Below are positions 1-10,627 of a stretch of DNA of 64,000 bases, piece after piece (the stretch's first letter is position 1; each line of letters starts with the position of its first letter). The notes under the pieces are model-generated. The model saw nothing but the letters and a program-made list of their open reading frames with translations. It ran no database searches and was not told the origin of the DNA. The stretch comes from Diplonema japonicum (Eukaryota; Protista; Euglenozoa: Diplonemea): the NCBI GenBank assembly GCA_964019335.1, contig OZ025678.1, positions 434,001-498,000 on the forward strand. Direction: 5' to 3'. The translations under genes were made by a program, and so were the position numbers.

Positions 1-467
1 GAAGGACAGCGGCAGCATCATTCGCCCTTGGTGCTGCTGGTGTTTGGGTTGGTACCCGATTCGTCGCTTCTGAAGAAGCCACCACCTCCAAGATGCACAA
101 GGAACACGTTGTTAAAGCAGGTCCTACAGAATGCGTGAGGACGCTTATCTACACCGGGCGGCCTTGCAGGATGTACGAGACGCCTATTGTAAAGGACTGG
201 AACAGCAAGCCGGAGGAGATCACCAAGCTTACCGCGAAGGGTGTCATTCCCATGAACCAGGTTTTCGAGCAGGCGGAGAAGGACGGTGGTGCTGCTCTTA
301 AGAAGCAGTACCCTGGGATGAGCTTTGTCCATACCTTCCCTATGTTCATGGGGCAGGCGTCAGGAGGGATCCATTCGATTCTTCCCGCGAAGGTCATTCT
401 TGAGACTATGATGGAGGAGGCATCTCAGATCCTTTGTTCAAAGGCGGCACAGGTGGCTAAGCTGTAG
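1..467 (+). CDS. Nitronate monooxygenase (2-nitropropane dioxygenase) family, 3' part (5'-truncated by window edge)
   Basis: Frame open from nt 3: RTAAASFALGAAGVWVGTRFVASEEA...MGQASGGIHSILPAKVILETMMEEA, the typical NMO C-terminal motifs; stop TAG at 467. Confidence 0.85.
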   Translation, partial: RTAAASFALGAAGVWVGTRFVASEEATTSKMHKEHVVKAGPTECVRTLIYTGRPCRMYETPIVKDWNSKPEEITKLTAKGVIPMNQVFEQAEKDGGAALKKQYPGMSFVHTFPMFMGQASGGIHSILPAKVILETMMEEASQILCSKAAQVAKL

Positions 468-1011
468 GTGTAAGAATGGGATTTTTTTTTTTTTTTTTTT
501 TCGAGTGTGTTTTTTTTTTTTTTTTTCCCGTTTGCAAGAGATACTCTGCAGGGCAGGGAGGCAGAAGAAAAAAAAAATGAGAAAAAAAAAGGAAAAGTGG
601 AAGACACGGTGATAATGTTTTAATTGGGGTGGTCGTACCTCTTTCACCAGTATCTCTCCTTTAGTAGTTGTTATTATTGTTAGTTTTTTTTTTTTTTTTT
701 TTTTTTTTTTTCTTTTTACATTTAGATAATGAAACGCCTTGTGGTTAAGTAAATGGCGTTAAATTTGACAACTGAAAGATTTTCTTGTTTTTTTTTTTTT
801 TTACTCTCCCCATCCCCCTTTAGGCGATCCTGTCACATACTGCAGTTCCCTTCAAAGACATCTTTTTTTTCAATTCACCGATTGGAAAAAAAAGGTCTTT
901 TTTTTTTTTTTTTTTTTTTTACTCTCTCCATCCCCCTCAAAGAAAAAATATCGTAGTGAGAGATCGAAAGTAAAACAAAAAAAATTGTTTTCCTCTCTCT
1001 TTTTTTTTTAA

Positions 1012-1145
1012 GGTGGTGGGGATAACATGGAAATATAAGAAGTACATCAGATGTGTTGTTCGCTGTTGACCTCCTCGTCGGTCATCACCGGTAGCGCCCG
1101 AGTGGAAGAACGTAACGCAGATGCTCAGGGTGACGAACAAGCAGC
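1012..1145 (+). ncRNA. HDV-like self-cleaving ribozyme (copy 1)
   Basis: P1 GGTGGTG(1012-1018)/CATCACC(1083-1089); P2 GCTGTTG(1062-1068)/CAA-G-CAGC(1138-1145); P3 ACC/GGT around L3 TCCTCGTC(1072-1079); GG at 1090-1091 for P1.1; P4 CGCCC-GAGT/GCTC-A-GGGTG; J4/2 CGAA(1134-1137) carrying the catalytic C. Confidence 0.85.
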
Positions 1146-1292
1146 AAACTGCACGAGCGCAGAATCTTGGTTACCCGGGACGCCCCGGCTAGGGTTGAGC
1201 ACACCGCACGCATTAAGGACACGACGCGGAACGCAGAAGAAGCTACTGCTCGGCCGAGGAGCGCCCCCTGTAATCAAGTAGGTAGTTCGTGC
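1012..1292 (+). mobile_element. Ribozyme-headed SINE-like element, copy 1
   Basis: Highly similar to 62165-62450; homology begins exactly at ribozyme G1; T-rich flanks; no credible ORF. Confidence 0.75.
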
Positions 1293-1640
1293 TTCATTGC
1301 ACGCTTAACGCCACCTAGTGTTGCAATCAAAGCCCCATTTTTTTTCTTGTATTTTGTTCTTGTTCCGTTGAAACCTATTTTAAAAGGGAGAAAAAAAAAG
1401 GGGGGGGGGGGAGACGAGATCGTAGGATTTATTCTTCTTTTTTATTTTATTTTATTTTTATATTCTTGATAACACACCATATTTCTTCTTTTTTTTCTTT
1501 TTTTTTTTTTCTCTTTTTTTGTTTGTTTCACTTACTTCTCCCCGATTTTATATAAAATTTTTATTCCCCCATAACAAAAAAAAAAAAAACACACAAAAAA
1601 AAAAAAGAAAAAGAAACCCGGGAAAATCCAGGGTGGAATA

Positions 1641-1686
<46 letters not shown>

Positions 1687-1695
1687 AAAAAAGAA

Positions 1696-4015
1696 ATGTC
1701 GGAGCCGAGATTGCAGCTCCGTTCTGTAGGAGAGTTGAAGAAAATCGCAAAACACAACAATGTGAACCTGGCAGGGTGCCTTGAGAAATCGGATATCCTT
1801 TCACGGCTGGCACAAACGAGGAATTTAAAAACTGACCTCCCTGCTGAGGCACCGCAGCCAACGCCGGTTGTACCACGTGCGAAGGTTAACATGCAGGACA
1901 TTCCTGACAAACACAAACAGATGCTTCTCAACATGTCTGTGAGAGAGCTACGCGACCTCTGCGAAAAAGTCAACGCACCGCGTACCGCAGTCAAAGTCAC
2001 TAAGGACGATTTGATTCTAGCTATATACCAATCCCCATCAGGGAAAACCACTGTTGCTATGAAATATCTGTCATCCAAGGCTAGCATTGCAAAGGAGGAA
2101 TCTGAAAAAGCCTCTCAAGTCAGGCCAGAATCAGATTTGTACTCGCTTAGCGCCGCACAGCTAAAGACATTCGCCCGCAGTATGGGGATCGACATCTCAC
2201 ACTGCCTGGAAAAATCTGAAATTATAAAAGCGCTGGAAGGGAACGGGCGGAAGGATATTACAAGTGAAGTGGAGCAACGAGAACGGGTGTTCAAAAAACA
2301 AGAAGAGGAGCGAAAAAGGAAACAAGAAGAAGAGGACATCGCCAACCGTGCAAAAGAAGAGCTCCAGCAACAGAAAGACGCGGAGGAAAAAAAAAAATCA
2401 GACCACGAAAGACGCATTAGAAAGGTCGAAGAGCTCAGGGCAAGAAAGCAACTAGAACGAGGCGAAGGAGGGAAACGAAAGCGGAGAAGACGACGCGGCT
2501 CCAGCACCTCCTCCTCATCTTCATCCACATCCGACAAACCAAAAAAGCGAATCCGTGGCACTGACGAAATGCAAGACACGCTACGGAAATTCTCCACCAA
2601 AAGACTTCACGTATGGAATTAAAAAAAAGAAATAAAATAAAAACAAAAACAGACAATCTGCGACACCCTTGGGCTTGACCCGGCTGTCCATGCAACCACC
2701 AAAGCTTTGGTATATAAAAAAAACAACAAAAAAAAAAGTACAAAAATAACAACCCGTTCCTTTCAGATAGACGACATGCTCCGCCAAAGAGATGTTCTTG
2801 ACATCTTGAAGGTCATCGATAAAAGTATGACCAATACAAAAAAAAAAAGAAAAAAAAAAAAAAAAAAACCCTAAAGTGCCGCCAGCGACACCACCACCAC
2901 CGATAGAGTCCGACACTGAGAGCGAGGTGGACGTTCCCGTGAACGTGACCTTAAAAGGACATGGCAGGGCAACCAACGACACTGTGTCTCGGAAGCTGCA
3001 GTACCGGAGGAAGGACAAGGTCGACGTTCGATTCACAACACACAACAGAAGAGGGCGAGACCACGACATCAAAAGATGCGAGGGTCTGGAAAGGTACAAA
3101 CAGCAGCACCTCATCAGCGAAGGCACCTACGGCAAAGTGTGGAAAGTGTACGACAGAGTTGAAAAGGTCGCGAAGGCCCTGAAACAGTTCAAACTGGACA
3201 ACGAAACAGAAGGCATGCCCGAGACAGCTTTGAAAGAAATAGAAAAGCTCGAACTCCTAACGCACCCCAACATCGTCAACATGCAGCAAATCGTAACATC
3301 AAAACAGAACGCCTTCTTCATTGTCATGGAGTACTGCGAGCAAGATCTCGCACATATATGCGAGAAGGGGTACAAATGGAAGCTACCGGAAATTAAACGT
3401 TTGGTCTTCGATCTGCTCTCTGGTTTATCGTACATCCACGCCTCCCATGTGATCCACCGAGACATTAAATGCGCGAACCTTCTCTACAATAAACGGGGTT
3501 TTTTGAAAATCTGTGATTTTGGTTGTGCGCGAAGTCTTGGTCATGACACAGTTATGACCCCTGGGATGTGTACCCTATGGTACCGTTCCCCCGAGCTGCT
3601 GTTGGGGCAACGGTACAACACCCCCTCGGACGTGTGGTCGGTTGGTGTTGTGTTCGGTGATTTGTTGAACGGGACACCGCTGGTCCCCGGGAAGGATGCG
3701 AAATCGCAACTTAAGTTAGTTTTCGATTTGATAGGATACCCCGATGTGCCTAACGTGCCTTCCGGGCCTCGAGAGGATAGGTTTGCAGAGCAGCTTCCTT
3801 CGGTTCCTCAGGATGCCATTGACCTGCTTAGGAAGCTGATGGTGTTCGATCCTGCAGCCCGTGTTACGTGTTGTGATGCGGGGCAACATACCTTCCTTTC
3901 AGACCCCACCCCGCACAGCGAAATGCCCACCTTCCCTAACACCGACAAGGCCGTCGCCGTGGAGCGCAGAAGAAAGCGGAAATTACGTAACGATGCAACC
4001 CGTGAGAGGATGTAG
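1696..4015 (+). CDS. CDK10/CDK11-like protein kinase with N-terminal SAP/HeH-like repeats (spliced, ~722 aa)
   Basis: Exons 1696-2610, 2653-2709, 2767-2824, 2877-4015 join in frame via GTAT..AG introns. Kinase motifs SEGTYG, EGMPETALKEI (PITSLRE-like), HRDIKCANLL, DFG, TLWYRSPELLLG. Confidence 0.8.
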
Positions 4016-4112
4016 TCTTTTTTATTTTTATTTTTTTTATATTTTTTTTAAAAGTGTTCTTCTTTTTAAAATAAAAAAATAATAATAACACGAGGTTGCC
4101 CACTACTCCATC

Positions 4113-4571
4113 ATGAGCGCGGTGCCGGCCTCCTCGGGGGGTATCCAATACAAAAGGAACCTGCTGCTCAAGGTGCTCGGTAGTCTCGAAGGGTACAATG
4201 GAATTATGGAGATGGGCAAGAGCGTGAAAAGCCTAACCCAAGCAGAGCGGGACGAAGGGACAAGGGTGTTCGGGTGTATGTCGGTGACGCACTTGAAGTG
4301 TGGCATCAAGGGGGGCAAGGTGACTATACGGGGACACTCTGATTCTCTTATCAGCAGAGGAGTGATTGGCATGCTAGCCTCTCTGTATGAAGGGGAGAGG
4401 GTGGAAGACGTCACAAAACACCTGCGGAACCACCCCATGCAGATCCTGCCTGTGCATGAGAAGCTTTCCATAGCACGTGCCGCCGGGTACAGCAGCATGG
4501 TGGAGTTACTCAGGAAGCAGTTGAGGGAGTATTTTTACACTTTGACTTTAAAAAAAAAATTTTTTTTTTAA
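4113..4571 (+). CDS. SufE-like Fe-S assembly (sulfur acceptor) protein; true 3' end uncertain
   Basis: RVFGCMS (conserved Cys) and GHSDSLISRGVIGML are SufE motifs; the tail runs into A/T homopolymer after a possible GTATTT donor at 4529. Confidence 0.7.
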   Translation: MSAVPASSGGIQYKRNLLLKVLGSLEGYNGIMEMGKSVKSLTQAERDEGTRVFGCMSVTHLKCGIKGGKVTIRGHSDSLISRGVIGMLASLYEGERVEDVTKHLRNHPMQILPVHEKLSIARAAGYSSMVELLRKQLREYFYTLTLKKKFFF

Positions 4572-4581
4572 CACACAACCA

Positions 4582-6273
4582 ATGAAAGGGGCGGGGGGAG
4601 GAATGACAAATACTAAAAAGAAAAGCAATGCCGGGCCCCGTCAAAAACTAATGTCTATTTTGTTTGAAACCCCCGAGCCTTCTGGCAGTGAAGGGTCTTC
4701 TGAGGCAGCACCGTCCCCACCTTCGTCTGCGGGGTCTGATCATCCTTCGACACCTCTTGTTGTTAAAAAGGAACCTGCCCGACGTCGCAGCAGCAAGCGA
4801 TCGCACAGCAGTGAAGAGTACGAGGACCCTCTTGAGCAAGAGCGCAAGGCAAAGCGTTCGAGTCACGCATACGATGGTCTCGACATCCTCATGGGGAACA
4901 TCGATCCCCAGAGGCCCATCGAGAGCAGGCAGCAGGCCATGCTAGAGATCATAGAGCTCATCATTGCCCAGCCCCACCTCACCAACAGGCACAGGCTCTC
5001 CATAGAGGATATTTTCACCACCGCCGCCAACATCGACCCCTCTAAATCCCGCGATTTCTTCTCTCTGTGGAGAGTCGCCCTTCTATGCTGCTGCCACATT
5101 GCTAGAAAACCATGCAATGTGAAGCTTCTTACAGTCAAGTCATGGGACAGCCTGTGGACGCTACTCGAGACGTCCATAGCAGGGAGGCTGCTCAAGACAC
5201 AAGAACAAGATGAGAAGACAAGCTCCGGTGGGAAGCACTTCGACAGAAGCGGGCGGGGCTCAAACTGGCTTGGGAAGAATAAAGAAAAACTTCAAGCACT
5301 TTCAGTCGAGGTGGCGAAGTGCGATCTGGGCCCCGACGCCCCCGCCCCTGAAGGGCCCGAGACAACGGTGTCCATGCTGCTGAACAGTTTTATCTCATTG
5401 CTTCTAAACACGGACAGGGACTGTCTCGTGGCGGAGGACAGCAAACGATCGTTCTCAAGCGTGGAAAGGTTGAAGTCAAAGGTAGGCCCCGTTGCAAGAG
5501 CCTTGGGAAGGATCGCATCCTCCAACGAAATAGTCATCTGGATGGCTGGGAAAATACGATTCTTACTCCGCCACCTAGAAGAAGCCCCTGCTGGTGCGCT
5601 CACTGTAAATGTAGTCAACCGCAGCCTGTACTTATGCCATTTACTGTCGGTGTACTCTGGTGTCGTACCGTCTCTTAAGACGGCAATGGCACAGCCAGTG
5701 TCGCGATTACTAAAAGCACAAATAGAGCCCATGAGATGCTTGTGGATATTACTACACATGACGGAGCGGGGTGGTGGGGAAGGTGTCGAAGTAATGCGAA
5801 GGGAAGGCGCGCTGCACAGTGTAGCACACCTCCTACAGGAAAGCCTTGCGGTTCGCGATCATGACGATGAAAGCTACGACAAGGCAATTATCTGCACGAA
5901 CATCCTCGTGAACATGGTGAGGTCTTTGGGAGAGGACGGTGGGGTGGAGGTGGGGCATCTTGTGGATGCCTTCTTCGTCTGCCACCACAAAGACACGACA
6001 GACTCCCTCGTGTTGTCCGGGTACCTTTCCCTGCTCCTTTGCACCATTTCGCTCACATCAGAGGCACGGCGCATTGTGTTGTTAGCCGCTGTCACCTCAC
6101 ACCCTAAGAACAGGCACAAGGAAGCCTCCCGGCCCCTCGCAGTGCTCATCGCCAGTTTGCAAGAATTTATCGATTTCCAATCAAAAGCGCATGTCCTCAC
6201 CAAGAGCAACCTCGCTCGTGCCACCATCGTCGTGGAAGAAGCCATGACTGCCAATGGTCTGAAAGCTACCGTC

Positions 6274-6276
<3 letters not shown>
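4582..6276 (+). CDS. WAPL-like (wings apart) helical-repeat protein
   Basis: Disordered N-terminus, helical body, and C-terminal VLSGYLSLLL...LIASLQEFIDFQ resembling the Wapl C-terminal motif. Start codon uncertain. Confidence 0.5.
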
Positions 6277-6317
<41 letters not shown>

Positions 6318-6597
6318 TTTTTTTTTATTTATATAGATGCATGTTTCCCCCCCCCCCCCTTTTTTTGCTATTATTAGAATGAACATATTTCCACCTACCC
6401 CCAACAAAAAAAAAAACTGTAAAAAAAAAAAAAGAAAGAAGAAAAAAAAACGAGGGGGAGAAAAAAAACTGCCAGTCCGACATATTTTCCCCCCCCCTCC
6501 CTTTAAAAAAAAGTGTCATACACCCCCCCCTTTTTTTAATTTCTAATTTTTTCATCAACAATACATCCTTAGGACAACCTCCCCCCCCCCCCCACAA

Positions 6598-7206
6598 ATG
6601 CCGACGTCGCTTGAGTACAGAAGAATGAGCCCGGATAGGATGGAACTGAGAAGGTGCAACAGTACGGGGAGCACGTCTAGTCTCAAGAGCCAGTACAGTC
6701 TGTTGACGGAACCAGAGGAGGTAGCGGAGAAGCTAAGGGAGGTGCACGAAGAAGGTGCGTGGTTAAACGACGTGTTTCAAGAAAACGCCAGCTTTCAAAA
6801 CCCTTTGGTGAAGGTAGTGGGCGATGCAAGGGTGATCCTGCTCATGTACAGGGTCCTGCACTTTATATGCAACAGTGTGGAGTACAACATTAGAAGCTCT
6901 TTTGGGGGGAGGAATGATGTTGTTTTGATTGAGGCCGATGTTTGTTACCGTTGGGCTTGGCCTCTTGCTTTCGTATTTAAACCTCTTTCATTCCACTTGT
7001 ACCACTCAGTTCATATCGATGAATGGCCCTCTGGGGACACGGTGGAGTGGAAGTTTACAAGCATTGTGGAAGTTTGGGACTTCAATGCAATTTCGGTAGG
7101 TGCACACCTCGTCACGAACCCCGTGGTGAAGTTTGCTGGCCTTGTGTGTTGGGCAGTAGAATATTGCATTTTTGTGTATGCCATGTTTCGCTGTGTTGCT
7201 TTTTGA
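6598..7206 (+). CDS. SnoaL/NTF2-like fold protein with hydrophobic C-terminus
   Basis: DVFQENASFQNPLVKVVG matches the SnoaL-like Y/F-x-x-D/N-A-x-F-x-D/N-P motif; 202-aa clean ORF. Confidence 0.45.
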   Translation: MPTSLEYRRMSPDRMELRRCNSTGSTSSLKSQYSLLTEPEEVAEKLREVHEEGAWLNDVFQENASFQNPLVKVVGDARVILLMYRVLHFICNSVEYNIRSSFGGRNDVVLIEADVCYRWAWPLAFVFKPLSFHLYHSVHIDEWPSGDTVEWKFTSIVEVWDFNAISVGAHLVTNPVVKFAGLVCWAVEYCIFVYAMFRCVAF

Positions 7207-10200
7207 AAAAAAAAAAGGATTTTTTTTTTCCTCTTTTTTTTACTGATGCGATTTTCTATCCACACTAATTACATACTCACAAAAATTTATTTCCCCCTTT
7301 TTTTTGTTGATAAAGAAGGCGGGAGGGGGGGGGGTAAACCTAATTAATTTATTGTTGAAGATACAATGAATTTTTTTTAAAAAAAGAAACTTTTTACGTG
7401 TAAATCTCTTTTTTTTTTACTGAGAAAAAAGGGGGAGGAGGGGGGGAATTAAAAAAAAGAAGAGGGGGGGAAAAAAAAGGGAATAATAATTTAAAAAAAG
7501 AAATACCTGCATCAATGATGAAAGGCACTGTTTCTTTCCATGGGAAAGGAAGAAGAAGAAGAAAAAGAAAAATGAACTATGAATATAACAATATTCTACA
7601 GTCACCATTTTTGTTTTTTTTTTTCTCTTCTTTTTCTGTCCCTAGTTTTAGAAAACTTTCATGTGAGACACTAAGAACGGGGGGGGGGGACCTAATTTTG
7701 TCTATTAAAATATGAATGGGATGTCAATGGTGGCAAGGGCAAGCACTCCTCGACTCCTCTGTACTCTACAAAAAAAAAGATCATTAGTCAGTTTTTTTTT
7801 TCTCGTTTTTTTTATAGCTCTTTTACATTTCTCTCTTGGAGACGAAACCGAGTGGGGGGGGGGGGGGGGGGTGGAAGTTTCCCCCTTTTTTTTTGTTTTT
7901 TTTTTACATTATGACAAACTGAAACTGATACTCGAAATTGTACTTAAAACGTGGAACGGGGGAAAAAAAAAAGTTTTTTTTTTTTGGAACGGAACGGAAA
8001 TATGGATTATTTTGTAACTTTTTCCCCCCCGTTTTCGTATTAAGTATAAAATACTGTAAAATAAACAAACAAAAAAGGAAAAAAAAAAAAAAAAAAAAGA
8101 CAAATTCCTGGGTGCGGGATAGCTTTCTCCAGTGGCCTTCACGACAATATTTTCGGACAGAAAAATGGTCCACAGTTTTAAAAAAAAAAAAAAAAACTTT
8201 TTCTTGTAATTTGATTTTTTTTTCTTCTTCTTTTTTTTTTTTCCTCTGCAGAAGCACAAGTACGCGGCGTGCACGCCCGACTTAGTGGTCCCTCGCATGA
8301 ACAAATAAGTACAAATTTTTTCAGAAGGGGAAAAACAAAAAAAAAAAAAAAAAACTTCTCTTTACTTCAGTTTAGTTTAATAAGTGTGGTGAATTTTTCT
8401 TCTTCTTACTTTATTTTTCTTTGTTCTGTTTCGTTTTTTTTTTTTTTTTTTTATTTTGAAAACTCCACGCCATACACGCTAGAGCACAACCTGCGTCCAC
8501 TCTTGTCATTATTGTCATTACCCGTGGTTGTGTGAACCCCACTTTAGCCATTTAAGCACTTTGCAGCTGTAACGTGCCCTGCATATACCGTGAAATTCAC
8601 GCATGAAAAAAAAAAAAAGAAAAAAAGAGAAAAAAAAACATTCGCCACCTTTTCTTTTCCCCCCTCCTTTTTTTTTTGTTTTCCTTACACGAAACTACTG
8701 ATTGCAAAAAAAAAGAAGAAGAAGAAGAGGAAAAAGAGAAAGGAAGCTGCCACACACACACACACAAAGAAAGTAGAACATGTGTCAGAACACTTAAATG
8801 GGGAAAGGAGGGGGAAAAAAGAACAAATATTTCAGCTCATGGGGTAATAAACACAAAAAAAAAAAAGAAATTGGAAATACGTGTTTTTCGGGTTATATAG
8901 GCAAACTACCCCGGCCAAAAAAAAAAAAAAAAAAAAAAAAAAAAGGAAGACGACCCCACGATCAGAAAAACTGGACCACGGCCTTGAAAAAAAAAAAAGA
9001 AGAAAAAAAAAAGAAATTTACGGCTATTTTTTTTTTTTCCTCCCTTACTTATTTACCAAAAAAAAAAGAGGGTCATTTTCTCAACAGTATTAGGGTCCCC
9101 CAGTTTTGATTATCTACCCTTCCCCCCCTTTTTTTTTAAAGGCTTTTGAGCTTCTTTTTCAATTTTACTTCATCCACACACTTTTACCGGGCCTCTGGTC
9201 CCTGATGGCACAAAAAAGCGCCCAATCCCTCACTGAGCTGAAGTAAACTTGGATTTGCGTGTTTTTCTTCTTCTTTTTTTTCTTTTTTTTTCTCCCTCTT
9301 TCCTCCTCTTCTTCTCTCCTATCTTAGTACAGCGTGTTTTTTTTTTTTTTTTTTCTCCCCACAGCGGTTTAATACAGAACTCCTTTGTGAGGAAAAAAAA
9401 AAAAGAAAGAAAAATGATTTGTAACCGTGGGTACAAACAAACAAGGAATAACTTGCCCTATTCTTCTTTTTTTTTTTTTTTTTTTTGTCCCTCCAACGAA
9501 AGGACAACTGGTGACCGAAATAATGAAGTTTTTTTTTGTCCCCTAATTTTTTTTGTTTTAACAATATTATTGTCGAGACTAAAAACTAGTTGATGGCAGC
9601 GTAATGAGCTATTTTATTAGGTAAAATTCCGCTCGTGCGCACAAACAAATGGAGCGCCAAACTAGTTTTTTTTTTTTTTTTTTGGTGCGGTTTTCTATAA
9701 AAAGAAAATAATAATGAGGAGGAAAATCTTCACTATTACCCTCTTCCCCCCACTTTGATACCAACATTAGAAACGAAAAAAAATGAAATAACTATTTTGC
9801 TGCCAACAAGTAATGACTCAATTGTTGTCTCTCGAGATTCTGCAGCTGTAAACTGCTAACTTTGAGGCAGCAGTAAAGTGCATTCCTTGGCGGTGGTAAG
9901 TGGTTTTTTTTTTTTTTTTTATTTCACGACACTCTGAAATTATTTTCCACTACCAGGGTCCACAACACAAAAAAAAAAAAAGAGGAACTGCCTTATCCTT
10001 GTCAGAGACACTGGGGCTGATTTCCTCGATTTTTTTTTTCTTCCCCTCATGAACCAAGCCCTTCTGATTGTGAAGTGATTTCAGAAAGCGTGGAAAAAAA
10101 AAGAAAATTAAAAAAGATGCATTTTCCTTCCCCCCCTAAATCTTCTTTTTTTTTTTCCGCGGCGGGCCGTTGCTAACCACTTCGTTCCTATCAAAAATGA

Positions 10201-10594
10201 ATTTTCCCCCTTTCATTCACGAGCCCATTTTTCCATGGGGATTTTACATAATAAAAACACGAGGAGGGGGGGGGGGGGGGGGGAGAAGAAAGTGAGTAGT
10301 GTCATCCACTAGTGACAACTTGTGCACTCCTTGTGTGCACCCGCTTCTTTTATGTTGCTTTGTGGTTTCTTACCATTGGCTTCGACTAGTCGTCCGGGGA
10401 GAAAGGGGCAATGGTAAATTTAAAAAAAAAGAAAGGAAAACCCACAATAAATGAAACGCGTTTTTTTTTATTGTGCCAATTTATTTATTTATTTTTTTTT
10501 TTTGTTGTCCCCCCACCCTCCCTCCCCCTCACTCTCTCTCTCTCTTCCTTACCCAATATTGTATAACAAAATTCATTTCAATTTTTTTACAGGG

Positions 10595-10623
<29 letters not shown>

Positions 10624-10627
<4 letters not shown>

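Noticed and set aside
1051-1469. Short ORFs overlapping the ribozyme element (and 62268-62726)
   Set aside because: Frames differ between copies because of indels; conservation follows RNA structure.
7417-9593. Many poly-K, poly-F and poly-G ORFs in spacers (also around 19000, 22200, 27100, 29700, 35500)
   Set aside because: Translations of homopolymer tracts with no coding signal.
9798-9872. C/D snoRNA-like segment with terminal stem TGCTGCC/GGCAGCA
   Set aside because: Boxes are degenerate (TAATGAC, TTGA) and I could not identify an rRNA guide.
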